A model generated the notes under the pieces. That model saw nothing but the letters and a program-made list of their open reading frames with translations. It was not told the DNA's origin and did not search any database. 64,000 nt of DNA, taken from assembly GCF_004010195.1 (NCBI RefSeq), contig NC_057718.1, positions 82,276,458 through 82,340,457 of the forward strand. Reading direction: 5' to 3'. Source of the DNA: Chiloscyllium plagiosum (lineage: Eukaryota). Positions 13,103 through 25,694 of this stretch are shown here, piece after piece. Position 1 is the first letter of the stretch. Each line of letters starts with the position of its first letter. The position numbers and the translations under genes were made by a program.

Positions 13103-16030
13103 TCTCCAACTTGATGGATGGACACACAGTCAAATCATCTTGAGATTCTACAATAGAATAAAGGGTTAACATTTTTCTCAGACACTTTGAAACTTTTTCT
13201 GACAATGTAATTACAGATGTACAGTTTGACAGTGATTTTGGAAAGTAATCAGTGAATTATCCCTTCATATGTATTAAATAACTTGCATTTAATGTAGCAC
13301 TTTTCATGGCCTCTAGATGGCTCAAACCAAATCACATGACAAAATTAAAACAATCCTCCCCTCCGAAGAGGGAACTAAAACCGGATTAAATATGGAAGGT
13401 TCAAATAAGATGCTAATTACTAAAACTTAGTCTTGCAGCAAATAATACACAATAAAGTATCCATAGTTAAAACCTTCCAGCATCATCTGAATACTGAATT
13501 AAAATTTGCCCTTAAAAGTGTATTTTTGGAGACTAAAATTGTATTTAATGTAATGGCAATCCTTCAAAGGAATGATGACAACTGAATCAAAAATGGATCA
13601 TTTAACATGCAGTACTAATCTTTGTTGCATCTTTAATTCCAGTATCTAAATCACAAAGATCATGTGATAAGAAGGTTCTACTCAGCTGGCAACTAGTTCA
13701 CACCACACATTATTTTCATCTAAACAAATTATTCATGCAGTCCAGATTAGTTATGGTCCTAGGACATACACAACCTACAAGTCAATGAGAAAGCTTAGAA
13801 TTTTTAAATGGTTTTCCCAGCTGAATTCCTGTGTTCTGAACAAGAAGTTAATGTTGTGTTGGGGATTCAGTCACCTATCAAGGTGAGCAGGTGGTTTACA
13901 GTGAATATTATCAATGGTTTAAGCAACCAATCATTTTTTCAGAACATAAAAAAGGCTTGCTAGAGGGCAGCTAATTTTGGATGATTCTTACTGTTCAAGC
14001 CATTAGAAGTTGTTCGCTCAGCAAAATTAGAAAATGAAGCATTTTAACAGTGCACTAAAAAGATTAACAAGTTATTAAGTGAGCAGCCCACTTCTCTTAA
14101 ATTAAGTATCATATCAAATATGGTGTTTCACAACTGATTCAGATTAAAAAGCGCATTAGGATTATAAAATGTATAGCAATGTGGCATGGTTCAAAACATG
14201 TATATAATGATGTTCCAATAGTTACTGGCATTTTTACTTTCAATTTCCAACAAGTACTAGATTTGTCAGATGTATTAAGCAGTTTAAGAACAATGTTAAG
14301 AATTGCTATGACATTTATGAAGATTGTGATTAACTTGATTTCATTTCACATACCATTACTTTGAAACTAGTTAAAGAAGAAAGCCGCTGTAGTTCTTCAA
14401 GGATTAACTGAAAGATAGCATCCCCGGGACTCAGCTTCAGAACTCTTGGTACCTCGTATATCCCTGCAAGTACATAAGATAAAGGGATGATCTGACTGAA
14501 TCATTTAATGCAATCAAAGGATTTAACAAAATGGATAAGAACTATTTCCTCTGGTGGTAGAGTTCAAAATAAAAGTCTGTAACCTTAACTTACCTAGCTT
14601 CAATTTTGGAATGGTGACATTAGAAAGCACTCTCGTCATATAAGTGATAGTAGAAATCTAGAACAAACAAGATGAGAGGTTAGGTCAATTAAAAATTTCA
14701 AATGTGAAATTAAAGGAATTCTGAAATGCAACTGTATTAAAAGGCAGGTTGGATGGAGTTAAGATGTAGAGCAGACATGGTCAAATACAAAGGGAAAATG
14801 GGACAGGTTGCAACAACTGTTGCTGCACATGTTGCAGCAGGAAGATGAGGATGAACTGAATCACTGTATAGATTTACAAATTGCAGCACACTGGTACGTG
14901 TTCCAGATATAAATCCTTGTTGGAACAATTCCCAAATTTGGGTGGGTCCACATTAACTGGATGAGAGAACATTGCAGATGGCCACCATAATCTACTATAA
15001 TCACTGTTCCTTTATTTTTGCCATGTCCAAAATTTGGAAGCTTTACTTTTTTTCCAAACAGCACTAATATAGTTACAGGCCATGTGGCTTTCAATGCTTC
15101 AGAAACAAACAAAAAAATTGGTCTCTCGTCCAAAAACGGTATACCTGTCATTCAATTGAGCAATGTCACATATGAATTTCAAGGCCAGTGCAATACGAGG
15201 TATATACTCTATATCTCAATGATTTGCTGATGGAGTCAAAACAATATCCCTTTGGTAATTTGTAATAGGCAGAAAACACACTGTCCTCCACCATCCAATA
15301 CTCAAATTCCAAGTCAAAACATTTATTGTTAGTTCTAATTTAGCAATTGGGCAGCACTTGCTGAACGATCCAAACTTTTAGCTATACTAATCACCAATAA
15401 GTTAATCAGTCAAACTCACAACATGGCTCATTATACTTGTCAAAAATAATATATTCATATGTCGGCAGGCATTCTCTGCAAACGAAAGTAATACATTCAA
15501 GTCGTGTCTTTTTGAATGACCCAGGTGCTTGGGGTGTCTCCAGTTTCTTATTGCTTTCTCTTTGGTAATGCTTCAACTAATCAAAGTCAACATGCCAACC
15601 AATAAACAGTTTTTTCTCAAATTTAAATTGTTGCAACAGCTTGAAATTTGATGCTTTTTCTTTTGCCCAGATGAATGGAACAACTGAAGTGCTTTTGACA
15701 ACATGTGTCTTTTCAGCAACATAGCAAATGGTGCCATAAGATCATCCACAGGAGGGGAAAAAAACCAGGAGAACAAACAATGGATTAGTGCCATTTTGCT
15801 GCCACTGCTAAATATTTCTTAATGTATCATTGTGATGCAGCAATAAAGAATTACACAATCTTTAAGAAATCTTCCAAACAGCACAGTAAATTTACCATCT
15901 GGTTTGGTTAAGTTTGATTTACATAGAAGAAACATAGAAACACTGAAAATAGGAGAAGAAGGAGGTCATTTGGTCCTTCGAGCCTGTTGCGCCATTCATC
16001 ATGATCATGACGGATTGCCCAACTCAACAG

Positions 16031-16255
16031 TTTTTAGATCAGAGTAGTGATGGAAAAGCACAGCAGGTCAGGCAGCATCCGAGGAGCAGGAAAATCGACG
16101 TTTCGGGCAAAAGCCCTTCATCGGGACAAGCTTTATTCCTGCCCAAAACGTCGATTTTCCTGCTCCTCGGATGCTGCCTGACTTGCTGTGCTTTTCCAGC
16201 ACCACTCTGATCTAAACTCTGGTTTCCAGCATCTGCAGTCCTCACTTTTGTCCGT
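16031..16255. mobile_element. Fold-back Penelope-like pLTR insertion with 12-bp TSD
   Basis: Near-perfect ~70-bp inverted arms (both strands translate GKAQQVRQHPRSRKIDV); CCAACTCA(A/G)CAG at 16019-16030 and 16256-16267. Confidence 0.8.
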
Positions 16256-17559
16256 CCAACTCAGCAGCCTAATCCTGCTTTCTCCCCATAACCTTTGATC
16301 CCATTCGCCCTAAGTGATATATCTAACCACTTCTTCAATATATGAAATATAGAAACATTTTCATGTTCTAGGGAAAACCCTGAATAGAATTTCAGCTCTC
16401 TTCTTCAGCTAAATAAACTCAATAAAATAAAAAGTGTGTTCCCTTATCAATATTGGGATTGTGACAACAAATTTTGGTAATGACATATTTATTACTGAAA
16501 GGGTTTATTGAATATTCATATAATGTCATTCAGCGCAAACAAGCTTTTTCTGTAACACTGGCTCAAAGAAAAAGACGAGTAGTACCATTCACATACTCCC
16601 ACCTCTGCTTGGACATATCCTAGCATTTTCTTTTAACAAGCATATATCCATTTCTCTTTTGAAACTTACTGTTAAATCTGCTTCTACCACCCTTCCAAGA
16701 GTGCATTCCAGATCTTGAGTGCTGAGCAAAAATATTTCTTCTCATCTCCTCACATCTCAATTGTCTTGAATTTGTGTTCTACAATTAATAAATTTCAAAC
16801 TCTTCAATAATAAAGTATCAAATTTCTTTTTTAAAACACGATTTACAGACCCAGTGACTTGACCAATGATTGAATGTGCATTTCAATCTGCATTATTCAT
16901 TCAATTATATCCTGTATAAGCTCACAAATGTTGACCACGCCATCACTTAGGTTTGTTTGTAACCACTGCAGCTCTAATCTATACTCTTTGCATTGCTTCT
17001 TGCAATAATCTTCGCAAAGTGTAACTTTATACAAGTGAACAACAAACATTACTGCCAAAATGGAAAGCTTCAAATTAAAACTGACCAATAGTCCAAGTCG
17101 GTGGTCAAATTGAAGTTTCTTTTTTTAAAACAAACATGTTGGTCTGGTTAACCAGGAAAACAGAAAATAAGTAAAAGCAAAGCAGTCATAATATGTTTAT
17201 ACGCATACAACACAGTCTGAATTGCCTGGAGCTTTGTGAAGCATGATTCTTAATATTTTTTGATGGATTATAAACAGAGTTCTCCATCTTCCTGAATCTG
17301 CATAAACCTCCTCACAGTTGTCAAAACAGCTTTAATTGGAGAGGGACAGACATGGCAACTTTGTCCTTAAAGAAACTGCGAATGGACCATTCATTGGACT
17401 GCTTTCTTCACCTCATGAATGCTGTCCTTGTCTGTTGGGATCTCAAAAGATACTGAGATTTTTATGCAACTCAGTATGGCTCTTTAGGGACATATCAATT
17501 TTACCAGTAAAGGACACTAAGCCATAGCATGTCTTAAAACTCCCTAGTTATTGATAAAC

Positions 17560-19760
17560 TTCAGGGCACTTAAAAAAATTCAAGTTAATCAGGCAGTCAA
17601 CTTGGTTTTGAAATAGAAATGACTAACTAAGTTACTGGAGTTCTTGGTAAGAATATCATGTGTTGGAGATAAAGGAGACAAGTGGAAGTTCTGTACTTAG
17701 ATTCTAAAAGGCATGAGATAAAATACCACTGCAAAAGGTATTACTTTCATGGTGTGACATTTTGACATGGCTAGAAGATTGGCTAGTTAACAGGAAAGTG
17801 TGCTTCTTATTCTTTTGATAAGGAAGAGGTGATGAGTAGTATATCACAGAGATCAATTTGGGGTCTCAACATTTTACAGTTTAAAGTGCTTGAACAAAGG
17901 GCTGAAGTTACGGTTGCTCAATTTGCTGATGACACAATGTTAGTTAGGAAGGTAAGCTGCAAAAGAGGATGTAAAGTGGTTACAGAGCATATAGATAAAT
18001 TAGCGCTGGAAATGTGTTGCTGGAAAAGCGCAGCAGGTCAGGCAGCATCCAGGGAACAGGAGAATCGACGTTTCGGGCATAAGCCCTTCTTCAGGAATGA
18101 GGAAAGTTTGTCCAGCAGGCGAAGATAAAAGGTAGGGAGGAGGGACTTGGGGGAGGGGCGTCGGAAATGTGATAGGTGGAAAGAGGTCAAAGTGAGGGTG
18201 ATAGGTCAGACTGGGGTGGGGGCGGAGAGGTCGGGAAGAAGATTGCAGGTTAGGAAGGCGGTGCTGAATTCGATGGATTTGACTGAGACAAGGTGGGGGG
18301 AGGGGAAATGAGGAAACTGGTGAAACCCGAGTTCATCCCTTGTGGTTGGAGAGTTCCTAGCCGGAAGATGAGGCGTTCTTCATCCAACCGTCGTTTCGCT
18401 GTGGTCTGACGATGGAGGAATCCAAAGACCTGCATATCCTTGGTGGAATGGGAGNNNNNNNNNNNNNNNNNNNNNNNNNNNNNNNNNNNNNNNNNNNNNN
18501 NNNNNNNNNNNNNNNNNNNNNNNNNNNNNNNNNNNNNNNNNNNNNNNNNNNNNNNNNNNNNNNNNNNNNNNNNNNNNNNNNNNNNNNNNNNNNNNNNNNN
18601 NNNNNNNNNNNNNNNNNNNNNNNNNNNNNNNNNNNNNNNNNNNNNNNNNNNNNNNNNNNNNNNNNNNNNNNNNNNNNNNNNNNNNNNNNNNNNNNNNNNN
18701 NNNNNNNNNNNNNNNNNNNNNNNNNNNNNNNNNNNNNNNNNNNNNNNNNNNNNNNNNNNGAAGGCTTATGCCCGAAACGTCGGTTCTCCTGTTCCCTGGA
18801 TGCTGCCTGACCTGCTGCGCTTTTCCAGCAACACATTTCCAGCTCTGATCTCCAGCATCTGCAGACCTCACTTTGTCCATATAGATAAATTAAGTGAGTG
18901 GGCAAAGGTCAGCTAAATGATGTTTAATATAAGAAAATGTGAAATTGGCAAGAATAATAAAAAGGAAGCATTTTATCTAAACAATGAGAAATTGCAAAGA
19001 GTTGAGGTCCAGAGGGATCTGATATCCTGGTGCAAAAAGTTAGTGCTCAGGACCAGCAAGTAATTAGGAAAAACCAATAGATTGTTGTCATTTATTGCAA
19101 GGGGAATTGAATGCAAATGGTAGGGAGGTTATGCTTCAGTTACACAGCAGACTGGTGTGACCACATCTGGGGTACCATGTTCTGTACTGATATCATTATT
19201 TAAAGATGTAAATGCATTGGAAGCAGTATAGAGAAGGTATTCTGGATTAACACCTAAAACGGGTTGGTTGTGTTCTGAGGAAAAGTCAGACTGACATGGC
19301 TTATATCTGTTGGAGATCAGAACAGCAAAAGGCAAGTTGATAGAAACATATGAGATCCCAAAGTTCTGAAAATACTGCACTGGAATTGCTAACTGTTTCT
19401 CTCTCTACAAATGCTGCCAGACCTGCTCAGTTTTTCCAGCATTTTCTGTTTTTATTTAATGTTTCCTCTCAAAGAAGAATCAAAGAAACAGGGATCACTC
19501 TTTAAAGAAAAATGGACACAGAGATCAAGATAATTTTTTTTCCTCAAAAGGTCATGAATCTTTGAAACTCTGCCTCAAAAAAAAGTGGTGGAAGCAAAGA
19601 GCCTTCGAATATTTGTAAAGCAGAAGTAGATAGATTTTTGTAAAAAAAAGTAATGAAGGTGAGAAGGTGGAGAAATCAGATCAGCCATCATATTACTGAA
19701 TAGCAGAGCAGACTGGAGAGGCTGAGTGTTCTATTCCTGCTCCTAATCCATAGTTACTAA
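17560..19760 (+). mobile_element. Older CR1-type LINE remnant
   Basis: AQFADDT motif at ~17915-17935; CR1-like 3' region; interrupted by a Penelope element. Confidence 0.7.
18003..18877. mobile_element. Penelope-like element with inverted pLTR ends and 15-bp TSD, spanning gap 18455-18759
   Basis: CATATAGATAAATTA at 17988-18002 and 18878-18892; C-terminal RRLDEERLIFRLGTLQPQGMN on the minus strand. Confidence 0.85.
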
Positions 19761-19989
19761 CCCATTCATAGTACTCTCTGACCAACTTTGGTCCTTAGGT
19801 GACAGCACCGTTCATTGTAGTTTCATCTGTGCTGCTGGTAACCACTTCAGTAAAGGGCTGTCCTACGATTGATATAAAAGGTACGGTCTCAAATACTTCC
19901 AGTATTGACTACAATGAATGTGCTTGAGGGATCTACTTCTATTTTCTGGTGCTAAAAAGGGCACATTTCTACCATGTGTTTAAAGAGCA

Positions 19990-20700
19990 CAGAATTTCTT
20001 ATTTGGTTTCGGGTGTAGCTTTGCTCGCTGAGCTGTACGTTTGATATCGAGACGTTTCATTACCTGGCTAGGTAACATCATCAGTGGCGACCTCCAAGTG
20101 AAGCGAAGCTGTTGTCTCCTGCTTTCTATTTATATGTTTGTTTTGGATGGAGTTCCTGGGGTTTGTGGTGATGTCATTTCCTGTTTGTTTTCTGACGGTT
20201 GATAGATGGCATCTAGATCTATGTGTTTGTTTATGGCGTTGTGGTTGGAGTGCCAGGCCTCTAGGAATTCTCTGGCATGTCTTTGTTTAGCCTGTCCCAG
20301 GATAGATGCGTTATCCCAGTTGAAATGGTGGGTTTTTTCATCCGTGTGTAGGGCTACGAGGGAGAGAGGGTCCTGTCTTTTTGTGGCTAGCTGGTGTTTG
20401 TGTATCCTGGTGGCTAACTTTCTTCCTGTTTGTCCTACGTAGTGTTTGTGGCAGCCCTTGCAGGGAATTTTGAAGATGACATTGGTTTTGTCCATGGGTT
20501 GTACTGGGTCTTTTAAGTTTGTTCGTTTTTGTTTGAGAGTGTTGGTGGGTTTGTGTGCTACTAGGATTCCGAGGGGTCTTAGTAGTCTGGCTGTCATTTC
20601 TGAAACTTCTTTGATGTATGGTAAAGTGGTTAGGGTTTCTGGCTGTGTTTGGTCTGCTTGTCGTGGTTTGTTCTTGAGGAATCTGCGGACTGTATTTTGA
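19990..20700 (-). mobile_element. Penelope-like (Poseidon-type) 3' fragment with GIY-YIG endonuclease
   Basis: ORF 20130-20738: LPYIKEVSE...NVIFKIPCKGCHKHYVGQTGRKLATRIHKH...REFLEAWH. Confidence 0.9.
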
Positions 20701-21789
20701 GTATTCTTATTTGGTTGCAATGAGACTGGCATTTTCATAACACCTTTTAAGATGTAAGGAATTCCTAATGCATTTCACACTGAATTAAGCAATTTTGAAG
20801 TATAATCACTGCTGTAACATAGGGAAACAAAATCCATTTTGTACATAGCACCTATAAACAGAAATATGAATAATGAGCAGACAATCTGTGTTAGCAGTGT
20901 CGGTTGAGGGTTAAATGTTGGACAGAATACATATAATAAGCAGGCAGTTTTGTGTAAAGAGAAGCTAACAGCTCCACTGCAGTATTAGGTGTGTAATTCT
21001 TTAGCATTCATATACATCTTCAACATGATTACATTCTGTTCATTTGCCTTTGGCCCCTTTAGTGCTTTAGTCACAATTCCCTCTTGAGAACTCCTATTTT
21101 TTTCAGACTGCTTTGTTCTCAATTGTTACCCCGGTCATATGTTGACACAGCTCCATGGAAAAGTATTTGAATTCATAAGCAGATCACAATACAGAGAGAG
21201 TTGTCATGAAAACTTTTTTTTTGGGGGGGTGTGGAAGAAGTTGGGTTGAAGGAAAGAAAGAAGCAAGAGCCCACTCACATTTGTAGTCTTACTGAGCTAG
21301 GGCAGCAGCTTTCTTTGCAGAGCCCTTAATGCCACTTTTTTTTTGTGCAAACTAGATAAATAGTGCGCATGGTTTCATTTAGAAGAGTCTGCATTGAAGT
21401 CAGTGCCAATTCTCACAAACCTAACTACAAAATGGACTTACAGAGGAACTCTGAATAAATATCTTCCTGTGTTAATAATTCTACGTTGCCTCTTTTTTTT
21501 GTGAAAAGGTACAGTACTATTGGAATTACTAACTTACACCTCTGACTTAAACAACATTCACACCGTCAGTTTTACAAAGCCTCTTTGAAGTTATGGCACA
21601 TGTGCATATGTGTACATTGAGAAGTTAGGAATCTGATACGTTTGGGTACAGACTCAATGGGCTGAAGGGCCTCTTCTGCAGTGTATGATTCTAAGGCTTA
21701 GTCTAGGCAGTTCAAGAGATGTTATTCCACTGCAATCCAGCAATTAGTAGTGTAGGTACCAGTTAGAGGCATGGCACTCATCCACAGAT

Positions 21790-22040
21790 TCAATCAATAA
21801 GCACATCGACCTGGACCCAATATACCGACCACTGCAGCGGATAGCTGGAACTGACAACCGGAAGCGGCAGGTACAAATCACTATAAATGCCGGAGAAAAC
21901 ATCACAGAAGCGCTTCACAGGAGGCTCCCAAGCACTGAGGATGTCACCTAGACAGGGGACGAAACGTCTGCAACACAAATTCCCAGCTCGGTGAACAGAA
22001 CCACAACAACGAGCACCCGAGCTACAAATCTTCTCCCAAA
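21790..22040 (+). mobile_element. Penelope-like 3' end/pLTR
   Basis: SINKHIDLDPIY C-terminus as in the 20130 ORF; hammerhead motif at 21932-21971; terminal gagctacaaatcttctc. Confidence 0.8.
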
Positions 22041-23104
22041 ATTCTAACTGGTATTCAAAGTTAGCATTTAATGTATACTTTATTTCAAACATTTCACAAT
22101 TGGCATTGCACAATAATACCGAAATGATACAATTGAACAGGAGATGGATGTTGAAAATAAAAATCTGCTTCCCTGGGGAGGCTGACAAGAAAGGAAAAAT
22201 AGAGACTTTTTCTATTAGGAAGAACTGTTTTAATTATAAAGGAACAGCTTTTTACTATGACACACCTACTCACTATAATGCTATTTAACATACATGACTG
22301 TGTAGAAATATACAAACAGCAGTCACATGTTTTACATGTTCAAATGTATATTGTGGAAAGCACTTTTGGCAATTTAGTCATTAACAACAGTCAAGTCAAA
22401 ATATGCATACCTATTACATTTGATAAAAAGACATTTTTAACTGTCTTAAAATTAATGTTCAGCAAAAAGGTAAATATAATTCATATAAAGTTAGAATTTC
22501 ATTCTACATTATGCATCTTTATTGCAACTGTACAGAAAACACTGCAGTCTGACATTTGTAATTAGCAAAGAAACTGCTGTCCAAGATAATTTAGAAATAC
22601 CATGACAGAAGATGCACAACTGCAGATCCAAAGTCTTCCACTAAAACTAAAATCATGGTCACCCACTAACATTTTGTTAAAATGGTTCAGTTGTCTCATA
22701 CTCAAGCTTTTTTTACTCTAAGCCAGAAGCTACACAGACTGGTATCTATTTTAAACTTCAACCTCTTTTCTTCCCAATAAACTCCTTCACTGAAACATTG
22801 TCATTCTTTTGCTGATGATTTAATTCTCTGCTCACCTTTTCTGCTTGCACTCCTCACAATTCTTGCTCTCCCAGCATAATGATTTAACAGCTCAATAAAG
22901 AACATAAAAAAATAGGATGCCATTTGGTTCCTCAAGCCTGCCTACCATTTATCAAAATCACAGCTAATCTACCTCAGGCCTCATTCCTGATGAAGGGCTC
23001 CGAGCCAAAACGTCGATTCTCCTCCTACTCAGATGCTACATGATCTACTGTGCTTTTCAAACACCACACACTCTCGACTCAATTCTTTTGCGCCAGCTCC
23101 TCAT

Positions 23105-23832
23105 AATGCACCTAACCTACACATTCCTGAACACTATGGACAATTTAGCACGGCCAGAGCACCCAGATGAAACCCACGCAGACATGGAGAGATTGTCCAA
23201 ACTCCACACAGACAGCAGCTAAAAAACTTCAAAGATGCTATACAGACAACAAGCAAAACTAACGTCATTTACAAAATACCGTGCAAGAACTGTAACAAAC
23301 ATTACATTGGACAAACAGGCAGAAAACTAGCCACCGGGACACATGAATATCAACTAGCCACAAAATGGCATTGTATCCTTACATACAGATAAGGAAGGAC
23401 ACCACTTCAATTGGGACAACACATCCCTCCTAGGTCAAACCAAACAGAGACATGCACGTGAATTCCTAGAAGCATGGCATTCCAACTGGGGCTCTGTCAA
23501 CAAACACAGACTTGGATCCCATCTGCCACCCCCGATAAAAAGTACAGGAAATGACATCACCAACCTAAGGAAACCCAAACATATGAATAGAAAGCAGGAA
23601 ACACCAGCAGTGCTTCGTCCAGAGGCTCACTGAAGATGTTACCGATTATGGTGACAAAACGTCTGAAAATGAACCTTCCAGCTCAGCGAACACACCTCCA
23701 TCCAGAACCTCAACCTGAGCTACAAATCTTTTCCAAACTTGTCCACACAGACAGCTGCTTGAGGCTGGAATCGAACCGGGTCCCTGGCACTGTGAGGCAG
23801 CAGTGCTAACCACTGAGCCATTGTGCCACCCC
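23105..23832 (-). mobile_element. HE1-like SINE split by a nested Penelope fragment
   Basis: V-domain left part, tRNA head right part; insertion 23217-23741. Confidence 0.75.
23217..23741 (+). mobile_element. Penelope-like GIY-YIG 3' fragment with 14-bp TSD
   Basis: NVIYKIPCKNCNKHYIGQTGRKLAT; TCCACACAGACAGC at 23203-23216 and 23742-23755. Confidence 0.85.
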
Positions 23833-24544
23833 TTGTCTTTCCTTTTACTTTTATCAAGCTACGCTTTAAAGCTTTTTTTTTAAACAAAGAAACCAAGCCC
23901 TACAGTGGGCTATGAACCTTTATTTCATTGTGGATCATTTTACTTACAAGTGGGGAAAGAAAGATGCTATTCCACAGAATATTATATATTGGACAAAATG
24001 ATAAAGACAGTACTGATAATTTATGGCATCCCTTTAATGGGATAAATAACATTCTGCTATAAATGCAAAATTGTTTAGTCCATTACTAAGTTTTATCATT
24101 ATAACATTACCTGAGTGCTGAGCATTTGGAATCAAGGAGCTAGTTATTCAATATCAGCTGCTCTTAAACAGATGTTGATTGCACTTACAACTACCCTGCT
24201 GTTAAGCATGATGTCATGGAACCTTTAGTCACATCTTGTATTTTTTGAGAGTTTTCCTAACTGATAACGGAAACAGACTGAAACTGAGATTTAAACCAAA
24301 CCTTCTTAGGATAGAAGAGAAGGGGAGATTGAAAGGAAGTCAAGTAGGTAAGGAAAGGATAGCTGGATGTATCCCAAGATCTCTTCCTCAGATCAGAAAG
24401 AAGGTACTGAGGATGGAGGTGAAAACTGAAGGTCTAAATGTTCCATTGTAATAAAGGTGGACACCTTTGTTCAGAATACTGAGAACTGTGAGTGAAGCCC
24501 ATGGGATTTTCTCGGGTTCAAAAGAATGAGTTCCAAAGGGATAT

Positions 24545-24864
24545 TTAGATTTAGATTACATTACAGTGTGGAAACAGGCCCTTCGGCCCAACAAGTCCAC
24601 ACCGACCCGCCGAAGCGAACCCACCCATACCGCTACCCCTACATTTACCCCTTACTTAACACTACGGGCAATTTAGCATGGCCAATTCACCTGGCCCTGC
24701 ACATCTTTGGACTGTGGGAGGAAACCGGAGCACCCGGAGGAAACCCACGCAGACACGGGGAGAATGTGCAAACTCCACACAGTCAGTCGCCTGAGGCGGG
24801 AATTGAACCCGGGTCTCAGGCGCTGTGAGGCAGCAGTGCTAACCACTGTGCCACCGTGCCGCCC
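24545..24864 (-). mobile_element. Full-length young HE1-like V-SINE with 6-bp TSD
   Basis: Intact A box TGGCACAGTGG, B box GGTTCAATTCC, V domain, CR1-like tail; GGATAT at 24539-24544 and 24865-24870; CpGs retained. Confidence 0.9.
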
Positions 24865-25694
24865 GGATATGTAAAGCAAAATCTCACAGATAAAGTTGTA
24901 TCTTTAACTAAAAGCAGGGAATTGAGGTAAGAACTACTATAAGTACAGGTGATGTGAATAAGGTAGATAGAGATACAAAGAAATTTTGTCAAAAGGGATG
25001 ACAACATGTTTTACTTTAAATGATGTGGTTAAACCAAAAACTGCATGAAGGGGCACTGGAGGTACTAAAACTCTTTTATCAAGGATCAAGTTTTCTTATA
25101 GAAAATGTAATAAAAGCCAAAGTGTTAGTAAAGGGAATAAGTGAAGAGTATACCTGGATGCACAATGTTAACTCAGCATGATGTGAATGTAAGAGTTCAT
25201 CAGTGCCGTTACTTCCTAAGCTGAAAGAATCAACAGGATTTTTCATACTACAGAAAGGTAAATACATTCATGAAAACATTTTGTACAATCTTTTGATAGA
25301 GGAATTGGGTACCTATAGAGTTGACAATGCCTCCTCTCTTTCTAAAATTGATCTAATGAGTACTGTCAAGTTTTGTTCAAATCAAGGGTTAAGGAGATAT
25401 CTGCTTTAGTCACACCAAATAGATGGTATTAATGCCAAGCAATGCTTTTTGGGTAATTTAATGTCTCAAATGCATTCCAAAAAGTTATGAATCAAGTCAT
25501 AGCTAAAGCTAACCATGTAAATTTATTTAGATGATTTTGTAATGTACAGCATACATGTAAAGAACAGGTAAAACAAATAGAGGACCTGTTTAAGCAATTG
25601 CAGCCCACTAGCTTGGTTATAAATCTGGTCAAAAGTGTATTCACAAATGCAAGAGCAACTGTATTGTACAACTGTATGACATATTGTATGACAT

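Noticed and set aside
16031..16255. Possible pre-miRNA or DNA-transposon MITE
   Set aside because: Arms match Penelope pLTR copies elsewhere in the window and the TSD length varies among sister insertions
24780..24864. tRNA-like sequence with A and B boxes
   Set aside because: Head of a V-SINE, continuous with the V domain and LINE-derived tail; not a tRNA gene
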